Counted from the stretch's first letter, positions 1 to 10,981 are shown. The stretch is DNA of 64,000 nt from Schizochytrium sp. TIO01 (GCA_004764695.1 SMSO01000004.1:1488001-1552000), one strand, 5' to 3'. Notes: generated by a model from the letters alone, not told the origin. Numbers and translations: made by a program.

Positions 1-683
1 ATTGCATATTATGATCAAAGGTATCTCATGATGTTAATTTCAACCACAAAGCGGTGCTTGAGCAGCGAGCAATATAGTGTGAGGCCGGTATGCGGAATCT
101 CGGAGACATACTTCTTGTATCAATTCGAACATTGTCGCTACTTATTTGGGAGAAGAAGGACTCTTTCCCTGGCTTGGCCACTTTCATTTCATCTGTGTGG
201 GATTTCTCTGTTCACAAGAAGCCATAAAGATATCTTTTAAGATACAGACATCGCTTGTGTTCGCAGTTCTCGCAGAGACTACTCTAATCGGCCCAAGCGA
301 CGTGCATAGTAACCTGCACCCCGCCAACCTCTAGAAAGCCTCTTTTAGCGCTTCGAGTTCCGACTTTTTTTTATAATTCCACAGCCGCACAAAAGGTGAG
401 GTTGTCAAGATTTCATCAATTATTTACAGCCTGAGCACCCACTGGGAAGCAACATCTTCACGAGAGCTTGTTTCGCACGGCTAATTTTAGGCAGAGGATG
501 TCACCACGACCTCAGGATACCACAGCGAGGGTCCCGGAGCTTGTTTGAAGCAGCACCTGTTGCCTTAGACCAGCGCAGAGCAAATCATCCTCGAAGGCAA
601 CAATCCTTTGCTTCTATAGAAGACGATCTACACCTCGCTATGATTATTAAGGTACTAGAACCTACTACAGTATCTGCACACGC

Positions 684-1033
684 TCAATCAATACATCAAT
701 CAATACATTCAATACATCAATCAATACATTCAATACATCAATCAATACATTCAATACTTCAATCAATACTTCAATCAATACATCAATCAATACTTCAATC
801 AATACATCAATCAATACATTCAATACATCAATCAATACATCAATCAATACATCAATCAATACATTCAATACTTCAATCAATACTTCAATCAATACATCAA
901 TCAATACATTCAATACATCAATCAATACATTCAATACATCAATCAATACATTCAATACATCAATACTTCAATCAATACTTCAATCAATACATCAATCAAT
1001 ACATTCAATACATCAATCAATACATCAATCAAT
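684..1033. repeat. Compound minisatellite of TCAATACATCAA (12 nt), TCAATACTTCAA (12 nt) and TCAATACAT (9 nt) units
   Basis: Directly visible; it produces the spurious SIHQ/SIH/SILQ and VLID/VLN ORFs on both strands. Confidence 0.95.
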
Positions 1034-1683
1034 GAATAATGAATGTCGATATGCAGAGCAGCAGATCAAAAGATAAAGAGACTGCCGCATAAAGGAGCAT
1101 AGACAAATAAAGAGTTAAGTAGTACTCCTAGTTAGGTGAAGTTGAAGAATAGTCAATCAATAGTAGATTGAAAGAGGCCTCGCAGATATTGTGCAAAGCA
1201 CTGCAGTAAATCCGCAACGCCACCCTCGTCGTCGCTGCTGCTCAAGGAGGGGTCCCCGTTCCGGCTGGGAGACGTCGTTGTTGCAGACTTGCTCGTTGTG
1301 ACCTCGAGTGCGTGATCTCTTGGTCCGAGCGCAGGTAGCGAGATTTGCGATATTAAGGGAGACGAAGAAGGCGGTAGACAGAGAGCCTTGCCAATCGTCG
1401 TTCTTTCGAACCTTGGCGGAAGCAAACACCAACTAAGCCAACTTGAAGACTGTCACAGAGGCTAGAGTTCACTTCTCGAGCCATTGCAGTGGCTTCCAAG
1501 ATTCAGAAGCCTCACGATAAAAGTCTCAAAGCTGAAGCGAGTTCTGCGTGTTGATTGAATATATATATACATATATACAAACTTGAGTGCTGTCGAGAAT
1601 CTAATCTTGAGGCCAAAAGCATTCTTGTTATCATTGCCGGCGGGTTCTGGGGTTCATAAACAAAGGAAAACTAGCTATAAAAG

Positions 1684-3687
1684 ATGTCACTGAAAGCCAT
1701 TACTGCCTCATACTATGCAAGTAAAGGTCGTGCTGACCATGAGTTGTTTGACTCGCTAGAAGCCGCAGTGAACGGCCAAGGCCCTGATGAACGATTGAAC
1801 AGGGAAATTTCTGAAAAGGTGAGCGGTATTAATGATCCGAGACAATTAGCAGAGATAGTACGTAGGTTGCGTAAAAAGCTAAAGTCGAGTGATCACAATG
1901 TTGTTATGAACACCTTTGTGCTGTATGAGACGATGATGGAAAATGCGCATGCGGATTTGCTTATGGCCATGTCCTTCCGAAAGACTATGCAACAATTCAT
2001 CAAAGTCATCAAGTCTGGAAGCAGCAAGTCTGCTTCGCGGAAGAAGCAGATTGAGGGCGACAGAGCTCTTGCGCTGCTCGAGACGTGGAATGCGAAGTAC
2101 CTAAATCAGCCAGCCATGGCTAAAGGAATTATCGACACTTATGACCTTCTCCGGCGGAAGGGCGTCACCTATAATGACTCATCTAGATCCAACGGTGACT
2201 TTGAAGAGGGTGCGGGCGCCCAGAGTTCTGCCGCGTCTGGTGGACGAGCCTCCTCTAAGAAAAGCAAAAGCAAGGGCAAAGGTGGGACTCCCTTAGCGAA
2301 TGCGAATGCTCAATTATCGGGTCTTGCTTTTCCTGAACAGGCTTCTCTTATTGCTAATGTGACCTCTATGCTCGAGGAGCTTGTGTTTAATGTAACCTCC
2401 AAAGAAGAGGCAGCAAAGGGCGATCTCATTGTTGAACTCGTTGAACAATGTAAGGGTTTCCAGACTGTGATTGCAGCCAAGCTGAGCCAAGAAGAGGATG
2501 CAGAGAAAATGGAAGCACTTCTGAAACTCAACGATCGTGTTCTCAGTGTCTTAGAACTGCACAAGAGAGCAGTTACTGTTGGTCCTCCGAGTGCAGACCA
2601 AAAACCTACAACTTTTTCTCCTGGAGATCTCGGTATTCCTACTGCTGAGCCTGTGACTCCAAATGCCGCGAGTCGCGCTGGAATCGTTGATCAAACTTCG
2701 TCAAACCAAGGATGGAGTGTTAGCTCTGAGCCTCTCCAACCTCAGCGCTCCAGTCAGCACAGTTATGCGTCCCCGGATGAGGGGTGGTCAGTGCCAACTA
2801 CCGCTTCCTCAGGCCCAAACCCCTCGCGCCCGGTGTCCCAGCAGCCTTCGCGAGCTGCACCGTATGGACCCGGTCAAGAGTTTGATCCTTTTGGAAATAA
2901 CCAAGCTCACTACAACCAGCAACATCTTCGACAGCAGCAACAGCAACAGCAACAGATGGCCGCAAAACCTTCTGCGCCGGGTTGGGGCGGCGCTCCCACT
3001 ACGCCGCCTACACCTCTGACAAACGTTTCTGATGGTCAGACTACACCTCCTTCTTCTGGTTGGGGAAGCACAACTAAAGAGAATCCATGGGATTCAATTG
3101 ATGTTGGTGGAGACACGTCTTCTGACGATGACGACTGGGCTTCCAGTGCCTGGGACCGCGCTGCAAGCACTCCGCCTCCCCAAGTTCAACAACAACCACA
3201 ACAACCACCTCAACAACCCCAGCAACAGTATCAGCAACACCCTTTGCATTACCAGCAGCAGACCCCTCAGCAGCAACAACCTCAGCAGTACCAGCAGTAC
3301 CAGCAGCACCAGCAGCATCCCTCTGCAAACTCTCCCGCTCAGCAGCAGCAACGGCAATCATGGGGAGGTCAACAACCATCACCAGTATCTCAAATTCAAA
3401 TGCAGCAACAACAGCAACCCAGCTCAGATGAGTCTTGGGCCAACATGATGGGATCTATGAATCTGAACCAGAGCAGTAACAGCTCACCTGCTCCTAGTTC
3501 CTGGGAAACTGCACAGCAGCAGCAGCAGCAAGCCGCACAACAGCGTCAAAAGAGACCAAGTGCTCCTACGAGAGCCCGTCCCCCAGCACCGCAAGTAAAG
3601 CCTCGCACGCCCCAGGCACCTAACCAGCAGCAAGCTCAGCAGAACCAAAAGGTTGAAGACAACCCTTGGGATTCACTTCTTGGCTGA
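1684..3687 (+). CDS. VHS + GAT domain protein (TOM1/TOL-like endosomal sorting adaptor) with Q/P/S-rich disordered tail
   Basis: 667-aa intronless ORF. VHS-like N-terminus (LNREISEKVS..IVRRLRKKLKSSDHNVVMNTFVLYETMMEN..ALALLETW..YDLLRRKGV); GAT-like helices (LIVELVEQCKGFQ..EKMEALLKLNDRVLSVLELH); tail with DPF and NPW motifs. Confidence 0.85.
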   Translation: MSLKAITASYYASKGRADHELFDSLEAAVNGQGPDERLNREISEKVSGINDPRQLAEIVRRLRKKLKSSDHNVVMNTFVLYETMMENAHADLLMAMSFRKTMQQFIKVIKSGSSKSASRKKQIEGDRALALLETWNAKYLNQPAMAKGIIDTYDLLRRKGVTYNDSSRSNGDFEEGAGAQSSAASGGRASSKKSKSKGKGGTPLANANAQLSGLAFPEQASLIANVTSMLEELVFNVTSKEEAAKGDLIVELVEQCKGFQTVIAAKLSQEEDAEKMEALLKLNDRVLSVLELHKRAVTVGPPSADQKPTTFSPGDLGIPTAEPVTPNAASRAGIVDQTSSNQGWSVSSEPLQPQRSSQHSYASPDEGWSVPTTASSGPNPSRPVSQQPSRAAPYGPGQEFDPFGNNQAHYNQQHLRQQQQQQQQMAAKPSAPGWGGAPTTPPTPLTNVSDGQTTPPSSGWGSTTKENPWDSIDVGGDTSSDDDDWASSAWDRAASTPPPQVQQQPQQPPQQPQQQYQQHPLHYQQQTPQQQQPQQYQQYQQHQQHPSANSPAQQQQRQSWGGQQPSPVSQIQMQQQQQPSSDESWANMMGSMNLNQSSNSSPAPSSWETAQQQQQQAAQQRQKRPSAPTRARPPAPQVKPRTPQAPNQQQAQQNQKVEDNPWDSLLG

Positions 3688-4917
3688 ACCTGAACATGTC
3701 AAGGGCGTTCAAAGCGTTGCAATCCATTCTCTGATAGTTATACAGAAAGAAAATCAGTTTTCTACACTAGTGTAGAACCTTGATGTGACTTTTCTTTTGG
3801 TAAAGATAAAGCATCAGGGTCACATTGTGGTTTTCAGTATTAAGCTTGAAGGTATGCTCTCACTGCTTATATTTTCGTATAGAATCACATTTTAAAGTTA
3901 GCATTTGCATTTGATTGTTGCAAAGAATAATGTATCTCATACTAATGATTTGTTATTTGAACTTTGGAGTTCTGTAGAGTAGGCATCCTAAGCAACTGTT
4001 GTTGTTGCTATTATTTAGGTATATAAGAAGCAAGTATTACGGATATAAATTTGTCTATATGTTGTTTAAGCCGTACGTGTGAAAAGTAGATTTCAGCATC
4101 TTCCCGTGCATAGCTCTTCGTTCTGTTACTCGTACCAGTAAATCTATCCTTAGCTGAGTCACTTGATATTACTGTGTGTCAGCATTCGTCACGATGGCAA
4201 CCATTTGTTCCGCTATCAAACGTCTTTTATTCTAAGTACGTACCTATGTACCTACCTACCAATGATAGCACAATAGATCATTATAATTGAAAAAAATAAA
4301 ATAAGAAAACGCACTTAAAAGTTGCTCTCTTATCTAATCACCCTCTTTATTTATTAATAACGGACCTAATCATCTGTAATATATTTTAAAATAGAGTAAA
4401 CTATTGGTCTGGTATTATCCGCACTATAATTCCTAGTCCAGTGTAGTTCAAAGTTTGTAATTATATAATGAAAGAAGCAGAAAAGCGACGCGTGTTCAAA
4501 CTCCGAATCTCCTTCTCCTTCGTGTTGGCCTTGCCGCTCCGGACGGGGTCTTCAACCTTTTCGCTGGTACCTACAGAGCTGGGCTACCCTCCATTGAAGT
4601 CTGGCATCCGGCCGACGCACCTCTCTGTCGCGGTGGGTCTATCTCTTGTTCGAAAGCCTAACTTAGTTCTCTCTAATTTAAGGTTGTGTACGCGAGCGAG
4701 AAGAGCCATAGGAACGAATCTTTTCACCTGTCTTTTCGCAAACGAAGACGGAGAAGATTTACGACAATTGAAGACCAGCAGCACGTCCTTCACAAAGCTC
4801 TGCCGGATTAGAGCAGTACATAGACTCAAGCCCTCCTTCTTATCTTTGACGCTATAGTTCTTGCTTTTTTTCGATACCTGAAATTTTCATAAGTTTGGTT
4901 TCTTCTCTCAATCAAAC

Positions 4918-6084
4918 ATGTCAACCCTGCCTTCATGCGTGGTGAATTTGCCTGATGAACTGCGCATTGAAAGACAAGAGTTTTCAGAAGCGAAAGAGGT
5001 CCGGTGGCTTGTTTTTCATGCATCGAAGCGTGGCGCACAAGGCAAGCTTATTGCACAGCTTGGCTCTGAAGATGACAGGAAGGGCTTCATCAAAGCTATC
5101 TCGGTAAGGCCAAAGTATCGTGGGCACAACCTCACGCAAAAAATGCTTGAGATGTGTAAAGATTTCATGAGAGATGACCTGCAGTATGATTTTGTCTGGC
5201 TAGAGGCCGAGGAAGATATGAGCCGCTTTGGCAAGCTGGTTGCACTCTATGAAAGTGCCGGGTTTCGCGTCATTGAAACGGGTGGACCCTTTAAGATGCT
5301 CTACAATGGGGATGAGACATTTCGCGTGGTACCAATGGGATGCGAACTTGGTCTCGCAGTGGCCAAGCACCTATACACGCTGGCACATGCTTTACAAAGA
5401 CGCGAGACTGTGCGCTCTTCTGACAGTCTCTTCAAATCCGTCTGGGATGTACTTACAAGCACCAGAGGTTTGGCAAAAGCAGCAAAAAGAATGCGCTTGG
5501 CAGAATCCAATGGACATCCTGATTGGGTCCAATTTCTTGCTCTTATCCAACACCTTGGGTCGCTCTCCTCGCACGCCTCATGGGAAGCTGCAATTGAAAA
5601 CAACAGCGAAAAGCCTCTCTCATCCGTCTGGCTTGCAGATCTTCCGCCATCAGCAAGTGATGCAATGGCCATTGGTTGTGGATCCGATGTAATTGACGCA
5701 CTTACACAACTTGGCACAAGTGAAACACGCCCACCACAACCGGCACCTCACTCCGGGCTTGAGAGCTTACAACCCATATGGAATGAAGATGAATATCTTT
5801 ATGAGGTCCTTCACAAGAATGGCTGTCTGCTGCCGCATATTGGCTATCAAATGCTTCGTTTCCGACGTTTGGACAAGTTTCTTCAAGCAGGATTTTACGA
5901 TGAGTTCTTGGCTGCCAGTGACCGCGGACTTCTGATGTGGATTCACCGCTATTCACAACTTTGTTCACAGTCTTTGGAACCTGCTGTGTGTGAAATAGAT
6001 CTAGACGAACAGGTCTCTGCATCAGACCTAAAGCGTGCACAAACAATTTCAAACAAGTTTGCTCTTGAACCATGGGCTTGGTAA
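4918..6084 (+). CDS. GNAT acetyltransferase fused to a degenerate myo-inositol oxygenase (MIOX)-like domain
   Basis: GNAT motif A (IKAISVRPKYRGHNLTQKML) and motif B (LVALYESAGF). C-terminal half follows MIOX motif order (PDWVQFLALIQHLG, IGC, PHSGL..WNEDEYLYEVL, LP..YQMLRF, terminal W). Confidence 0.85.
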   Translation: MSTLPSCVVNLPDELRIERQEFSEAKEVRWLVFHASKRGAQGKLIAQLGSEDDRKGFIKAISVRPKYRGHNLTQKMLEMCKDFMRDDLQYDFVWLEAEEDMSRFGKLVALYESAGFRVIETGGPFKMLYNGDETFRVVPMGCELGLAVAKHLYTLAHALQRRETVRSSDSLFKSVWDVLTSTRGLAKAAKRMRLAESNGHPDWVQFLALIQHLGSLSSHASWEAAIENNSEKPLSSVWLADLPPSASDAMAIGCGSDVIDALTQLGTSETRPPQPAPHSGLESLQPIWNEDEYLYEVLHKNGCLLPHIGYQMLRFRRLDKFLQAGFYDEFLAASDRGLLMWIHRYSQLCSQSLEPAVCEIDLDEQVSASDLKRAQTISNKFALEPWAW

Positions 6085-6412
6085 GGATATGACTCTCGCA
6101 TTGGCTTTCATATATATTAATTAACGCGCAAACAAAGCACAGCAAGCGTGCGCGCAAAGCAATACTAACCATCAAAATTATTTAATTTAACAAGTAAACC
6201 ATTATATGTAACTTTCACTTGCAAAACTATTTACAATCCAGGTCCAATGATGTTTTCAGTTTATTCTTTGTTTTCCCGACGGACAATAAATCATTAGATA
6301 CTTCAGCGAAGAGTATTAAAAACGCGTACTCATGAACTGTAGCTATGCTCATTGGAGAAATTATTTAGTAACTAATTTTGGGCGGATAAATGTGCAATTT
6401 TCGAACCCAGAT

Positions 6413-9400
6413 CTATTTCTCGCGCTTTAAAATGGTAGACTTACGTGGGACCATGTTTCGAATTACCAAATCATCCTTGTACAACTTGCTTTTTCGACTT
6501 CGCGCAGTGCTAGATGCCACGCTTTGGCGTTTTTTACCAAGGCGCCGCTTAACCTTGAGTTCAGGACCATATTGCGCGATCGCAGCCTTTTGAAAAGAGC
6601 GCAGCAGATCGGTTGTTTGCTTAATCAGGCCTCTGAAAACAAACGTTTCTCCGCACTCTTCTTTCTTTTGCAAGACACTTGATCCCTTCCTCTTATAATG
6701 AACCTCAGCAAGGTCCAATGCTGTGGAGCCTTTGTAATTTTTTGTGATGAGCGTTTCAAGACTAGGGTCAGCTTCGATTAAAGCTTTTACGGTTGTATAA
6801 TGGCCATGGCGAGCAGCGCAGTGCAACGGTGTATCCCCGAGGTGATCTCTTGCATCAACATTTGCCCCTGCCTTGACAAGAATATCAACAAAGGCGCGGC
6901 TCCATCCAGCCCGAGCTACCTCGTGAAGTGGTGTAGTAAGACTACAACATGAATCAACTGCTTGAGCTAGTAAAGCAGCACCATCTGAATCCAAGTGATC
7001 TGCTAAGTTGAGAAGCTCTTGGGTGGTTGTCATGAGTCCAAGCCAACAAGCTTCATGAAGTACAGATTTACCCATATTATTTCGTAAATCCACAAGTTCA
7101 CACCCTTTAGGCACGAGCTTCTTTAAGATAGTCACATCTGCAACACCTGCTCGAATTGCTTCAAAGATATCAACAAATGACTCTTTTGGTTTTTTTGAGT
7201 TGCCATGAAGCAAGGCATGCTCATCTGCTTGATTTTTGCGCTCCTGCTGAAGCGTGGCCACCATTGATGCATGTTTAGTACTTTCATTCTTACGTATCTC
7301 ATTTACACTCGATGCATAAAGTTTGACCCAGCTCTTCAAATTTGCTGCGTCTTGCTTTTGTTTGTCTACCCTTTCTTTAGCCTTACGATCCTGTTCAGCT
7401 TGCTTCACTTTTAAATGAGCTTTTCCTCGCTTATTTTTCTCTGATTCCTTTGTCTTCAGTTCCTGCTCACGTTGCTTGCGTACTTCTTCAATTCGAATTT
7501 GTTTTTCTTTTAGGTGCGAAGCGCGCTCAGCTTGTTTCTTCTCACGAGCCTCCTGCTGCTTTGTAAGGATTTCAAGCTCCCTTGCTTCTCTTCTATTTTG
7601 CTCTCGTTCAATACGTTGCTCTTCCTGAAGACGCTGCTCTCTGGAAAGGCGTTCACGTTCTTTCGCACGAGCCTCGCGACGTTCCTCAAGAGTTAGCTGC
7701 TTGGTTTCGATAGCTGGAGAGTCGTGCACCTGCACTTCCAGCTCCTGTGCTTGCACCTCTGCCTCATGATCGTTTTCATCAGGTTGTCGATCTTGTATTA
7801 TTTCATCCGTTTCTGGTACTAGCGCTTCTTGAGGCACCTCGGTATCTCTCGGAGAAAATTGTTCAATCTCTGTAGATGTATTGATAGGGTCAAGAGGTTC
7901 TCCACCATCGATATAATTGGATTGAGTATTTTCAAGCGAATTCGATGTGCTCTGTGCTGCCTCATCAAAGGATTGTCTTGTAGGTTGGGAAGTCGTTGGC
8001 AATACTTGATCATCCTCGTGCTGACTCGATACAGCTGCTATTGCCTCAGCATCCACGTGATCTTCTGAGTTTTCGTCGCGGGCATTCCCTTCATCAGATC
8101 TTGTAGCTTCTTGAGGTTGCTCTGTAACATCCTGAGCTAATAGTGGGTCAGAGGTCTCTTGGCTTTGATGCGATTCAGGAGAGAGCGTCTCACTTTGTAA
8201 GTCGTCTTCATGTAAGCCAGGTTGACCTTCACCTCCATCACTCTTCGGGTGGGTTGCAGTTGTGTCAGATTCCATGGGTGGTGCTTCTTGACTAGGCTGG
8301 GTAGTAGCCAATGTATTTTTGCTTTCAGTTTCAGACTGTTCTAAAGCTTTGATTGCGTGCGGTTTCTTCTCCAACTCTTGTCCCTTTTGGATTGGGTCCT
8401 CCGATTCCTCTAATTTTGATTCTGGAGGTTGGTCCCAGGAAATCTGATGTGTGACTTTATGGAACCAAAAATCGGTTTTTGATTCCTTGTCTGCAAGCTT
8501 TACCCATAAAGGAGGCTCTTGAGGAGGTTTGTCTTTGGTAGCTTGAATAGCTCGCAAAACTCGGGTTTTGTTTCTTGCAATGCGTGCTCTAAACATACCC
8601 TGCATAGTGAGAGCAGCTTGTAATAGTTCATCACTACTTTGCATTACAAAGTCCTCAGGCTTCTCCCATACCGTTTCATGGGTATTTACATCGTAGTAAT
8701 AGAATGCTTGGTGTTTTTCATCATAGGCTTCAAGCCAACGCCGCTTCGAAGCACCCATTGCGCGGGCTTGCTCCTCATGAGCTTGTTTCATCCGAGACTC
8801 CATTTCAGCACTTCTCTTCTTTAGCTGTCCATCCATAGCAAGCATCAGTGTACGACGAACCTTTTTTAAGCGCTCATCATTATCACCGAGGATAGATCCG
8901 TCACCATCAAAGTCTTTAGGTTTATCCCAACTAACTTCTCCAGTCTTGATATTATAAAAGTAGACGTCACCAGTGTCCTTTGCTACAGCTGTGTACCACT
9001 GGGGAGATTTACTTGCCTCTTCAGCCAATTTACGTTCTTCATCGCTCATAAGATCTGTAGGTTTATCCCAGGTCACCTCTTCTGTGTCTTGATTGAAATA
9101 GTACATATTTCCCGATTTTGGATCAAGAATCGCTTGCCACGGTGAGTTTTCATCCGAATTTTTCGATTCAGCGTTTGGTGAACTGACAGACATAGTTTTA
9201 CCTCGCTGCTTGCGAACATCGCGCCTGGCACGTTTAGCCCGAAACACACATTGCATCATGATTGCAGCCCTTAGTTCTGGTGCCATGAGGTGTTTTGCCT
9301 TTGTGAAGTCCTTACGTTCAAAATTCTCAGGTTCATCCCACTGACTCTCGAGGGTCTTGTTGTTGAAGTAATAGTAGAGCTTTGTTTGAGGGTCAAAAAC

Positions 9401-10981
9401 TTGAATCCACTCTGGTAATTCCTCATCTAGATCTTCTTCTTCTTCTTCTTCTTCTTCTTCTTCTTCTTTTTCATTTTCTTCGGTTTCCTCGGTTGCTGCT
9501 TGGCTACCAATTGTAGATGCTGTTGCTGGTCTTGATCCAGGAGATATATCTGTGACATCTGTATTATTTTCACTTGTATCAGATACATACCCTTCAGGGA
9601 CTTTCCATGACGTTTCTTGAGTCTTACGGTTGTAGTAGTACACACTTTTAGTCTTGGGATCGGTGAGCTTTTGCCAATCTTGACCAGACTTGTTCTCAGC
9701 GGCATTTACAAAACCGCGTTGTGCTCTCACTGCACGCCGAGCTTTGTGGGCTCTAAATGCACACTGTAGCATCAGAGTCGCACGTAATTCTGGTGCCATC
9801 AGATTTTTTGCCTTGCTAAAGTCTTTTCTATGGAACCCTTCCGGCTGGTCCCATTGACTTTCAAAGGTCTTATTGTTGAAAAAGTAGTACAATTTTGTCT
9901 GTGGGTCGAATACTTCAATCCATTCGGGGAGCTCTTCAGGCTCAGTTGAATCTGATTTAGGATCTTCTGCACTGTTTTTTGGCGACATAGGCTCTGTCTT
10001 TGCGGTTGCGGTTTCTTCCTTCTTTGACTTCTCTTTTGCTGCATCGACCTCATTATGAACTTGGTTTGCTGCATTGGTTTCCATTTTTGTCGAATCCCGA
10101 ATATCTTTGTCATTCTGAGCTGGTGTTTGGGCGGGTGTTTGCACCGTTTCACTAGATTTACTTGCCTCAGTGGTCTTGATACTTTCATCTGATATCGATG
10201 TTTCCTTAAGCTCGGTATCTTCTTGGGGTTTCTTCTCAGGGTCTGCGTCCATCGTGTTCTCAGATTCTTGGGAGGGAATTTGATCAGAAGGCGAAGGCAA
10301 AGACCCATCCTTGAGATCACTCTTCGCATCAGAAGATGGCTCAGTGTGGTTAAGATCAGCTGGTTTCTCCCAAGTCACCTCATTTGTTTCTGTATTGAAA
10401 TAGTAAGGATATCCAGAGGATGGATCTAGCATCTCTACCCAGACGCTTCCTTGTTCATCAGTTTTTGCTTTAGCCCGCTCAACTCGTACAACACGGCGGG
10501 CTTGCTTTGCACGGAATGCTGATTGAAGCAGAACTGCAGCTTTGACTTCAGGTGCCATAAGTAATTTGGCTTTCGAGAAATCAATAGCCTTGAAACCTTC
10601 CGGTTCGTCCCAGCGACTTTCTAACGTGCGATTATTAACGTAATAGTACATTTTTGTGCTGGGATCAAACATTCGTGACCATTCGGGCATGTCATCTGAG
10701 GCTTCCGAGGTAAGAGTTGCGGCTGTATTCTGTGCAGTGGTTCCCGCTGCCGCATCTGCTGCAGCTTCCGGGCCGCCTGGGTGATCCCATGAGGCTTCTC
10801 CTGAGACAATATTGTAATAATAAAGCGCACCAGATTCATCAAGTGCCTCGACCCAATCCTTGCCAAGGTTGTCAAGATACCCAGATGGCGTTTCCCATTG
10901 TGTCGCACCTGTCTTTGTGTTGTAGAAGAAGACGTTGTTCCCCTCATCGACTTGCTTCAGCCATTCCTTAGATGCAGACAT
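6413..10981 (-). CDS. Multi-WW, IQ-motif, coiled-coil and ankyrin-repeat scaffold protein (1522 aa)
   Basis: Eleven W-x(n)-YY/FY-N-x(n)-W-x-x-P WW repeats; four IQ-like motifs (LQSAFRAKQAR, LQCAFRAHKAR, MQCVFRAKRAR, MQGMFRARIAR); E/R/K/Q-rich helix; ankyrin motifs (GKSVLHEAC, TTPLHEVA, GANVDARDHLGDTPLHCAARHGH, GSTALDLA). Confidence 0.92.
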   Translation of the reverse strand: MSASKEWLKQVDEGNNVFFYNTKTGATQWETPSGYLDNLGKDWVEALDESGALYYYNIVSGEASWDHPGGPEAAADAAAGTTAQNTAATLTSEASDDMPEWSRMFDPSTKMYYYVNNRTLESRWDEPEGFKAIDFSKAKLLMAPEVKAAVLLQSAFRAKQARRVVRVERAKAKTDEQGSVWVEMLDPSSGYPYYFNTETNEVTWEKPADLNHTEPSSDAKSDLKDGSLPSPSDQIPSQESENTMDADPEKKPQEDTELKETSISDESIKTTEASKSSETVQTPAQTPAQNDKDIRDSTKMETNAANQVHNEVDAAKEKSKKEETATAKTEPMSPKNSAEDPKSDSTEPEELPEWIEVFDPQTKLYYFFNNKTFESQWDQPEGFHRKDFSKAKNLMAPELRATLMLQCAFRAHKARRAVRAQRGFVNAAENKSGQDWQKLTDPKTKSVYYYNRKTQETSWKVPEGYVSDTSENNTDVTDISPGSRPATASTIGSQAATEETEENEKEEEEEEEEEEEDLDEELPEWIQVFDPQTKLYYYFNNKTLESQWDEPENFERKDFTKAKHLMAPELRAAIMMQCVFRAKRARRDVRKQRGKTMSVSSPNAESKNSDENSPWQAILDPKSGNMYYFNQDTEEVTWDKPTDLMSDEERKLAEEASKSPQWYTAVAKDTGDVYFYNIKTGEVSWDKPKDFDGDGSILGDNDERLKKVRRTLMLAMDGQLKKRSAEMESRMKQAHEEQARAMGASKRRWLEAYDEKHQAFYYYDVNTHETVWEKPEDFVMQSSDELLQAALTMQGMFRARIARNKTRVLRAIQATKDKPPQEPPLWVKLADKESKTDFWFHKVTHQISWDQPPESKLEESEDPIQKGQELEKKPHAIKALEQSETESKNTLATTQPSQEAPPMESDTTATHPKSDGGEGQPGLHEDDLQSETLSPESHQSQETSDPLLAQDVTEQPQEATRSDEGNARDENSEDHVDAEAIAAVSSQHEDDQVLPTTSQPTRQSFDEAAQSTSNSLENTQSNYIDGGEPLDPINTSTEIEQFSPRDTEVPQEALVPETDEIIQDRQPDENDHEAEVQAQELEVQVHDSPAIETKQLTLEERREARAKERERLSREQRLQEEQRIEREQNRREARELEILTKQQEAREKKQAERASHLKEKQIRIEEVRKQREQELKTKESEKNKRGKAHLKVKQAEQDRKAKERVDKQKQDAANLKSWVKLYASSVNEIRKNESTKHASMVATLQQERKNQADEHALLHGNSKKPKESFVDIFEAIRAGVADVTILKKLVPKGCELVDLRNNMGKSVLHEACWLGLMTTTQELLNLADHLDSDGAALLAQAVDSCCSLTTPLHEVARAGWSRAFVDILVKAGANVDARDHLGDTPLHCAARHGHYTTVKALIEADPSLETLITKNYKGSTALDLAEVHYKRKGSSVLQKKEECGETFVFRGLIKQTTDLLRSFQKAAIAQYGPELKVKRRLGKKRQSVASSTARSRKSKLYKDDLVIRNMVPRKSTILKREK

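Noticed and set aside
541-1035. 164-aa ORF and 96-aa antisense ORF
   Set aside because: Non-ATG starts; open only because of the minisatellite.
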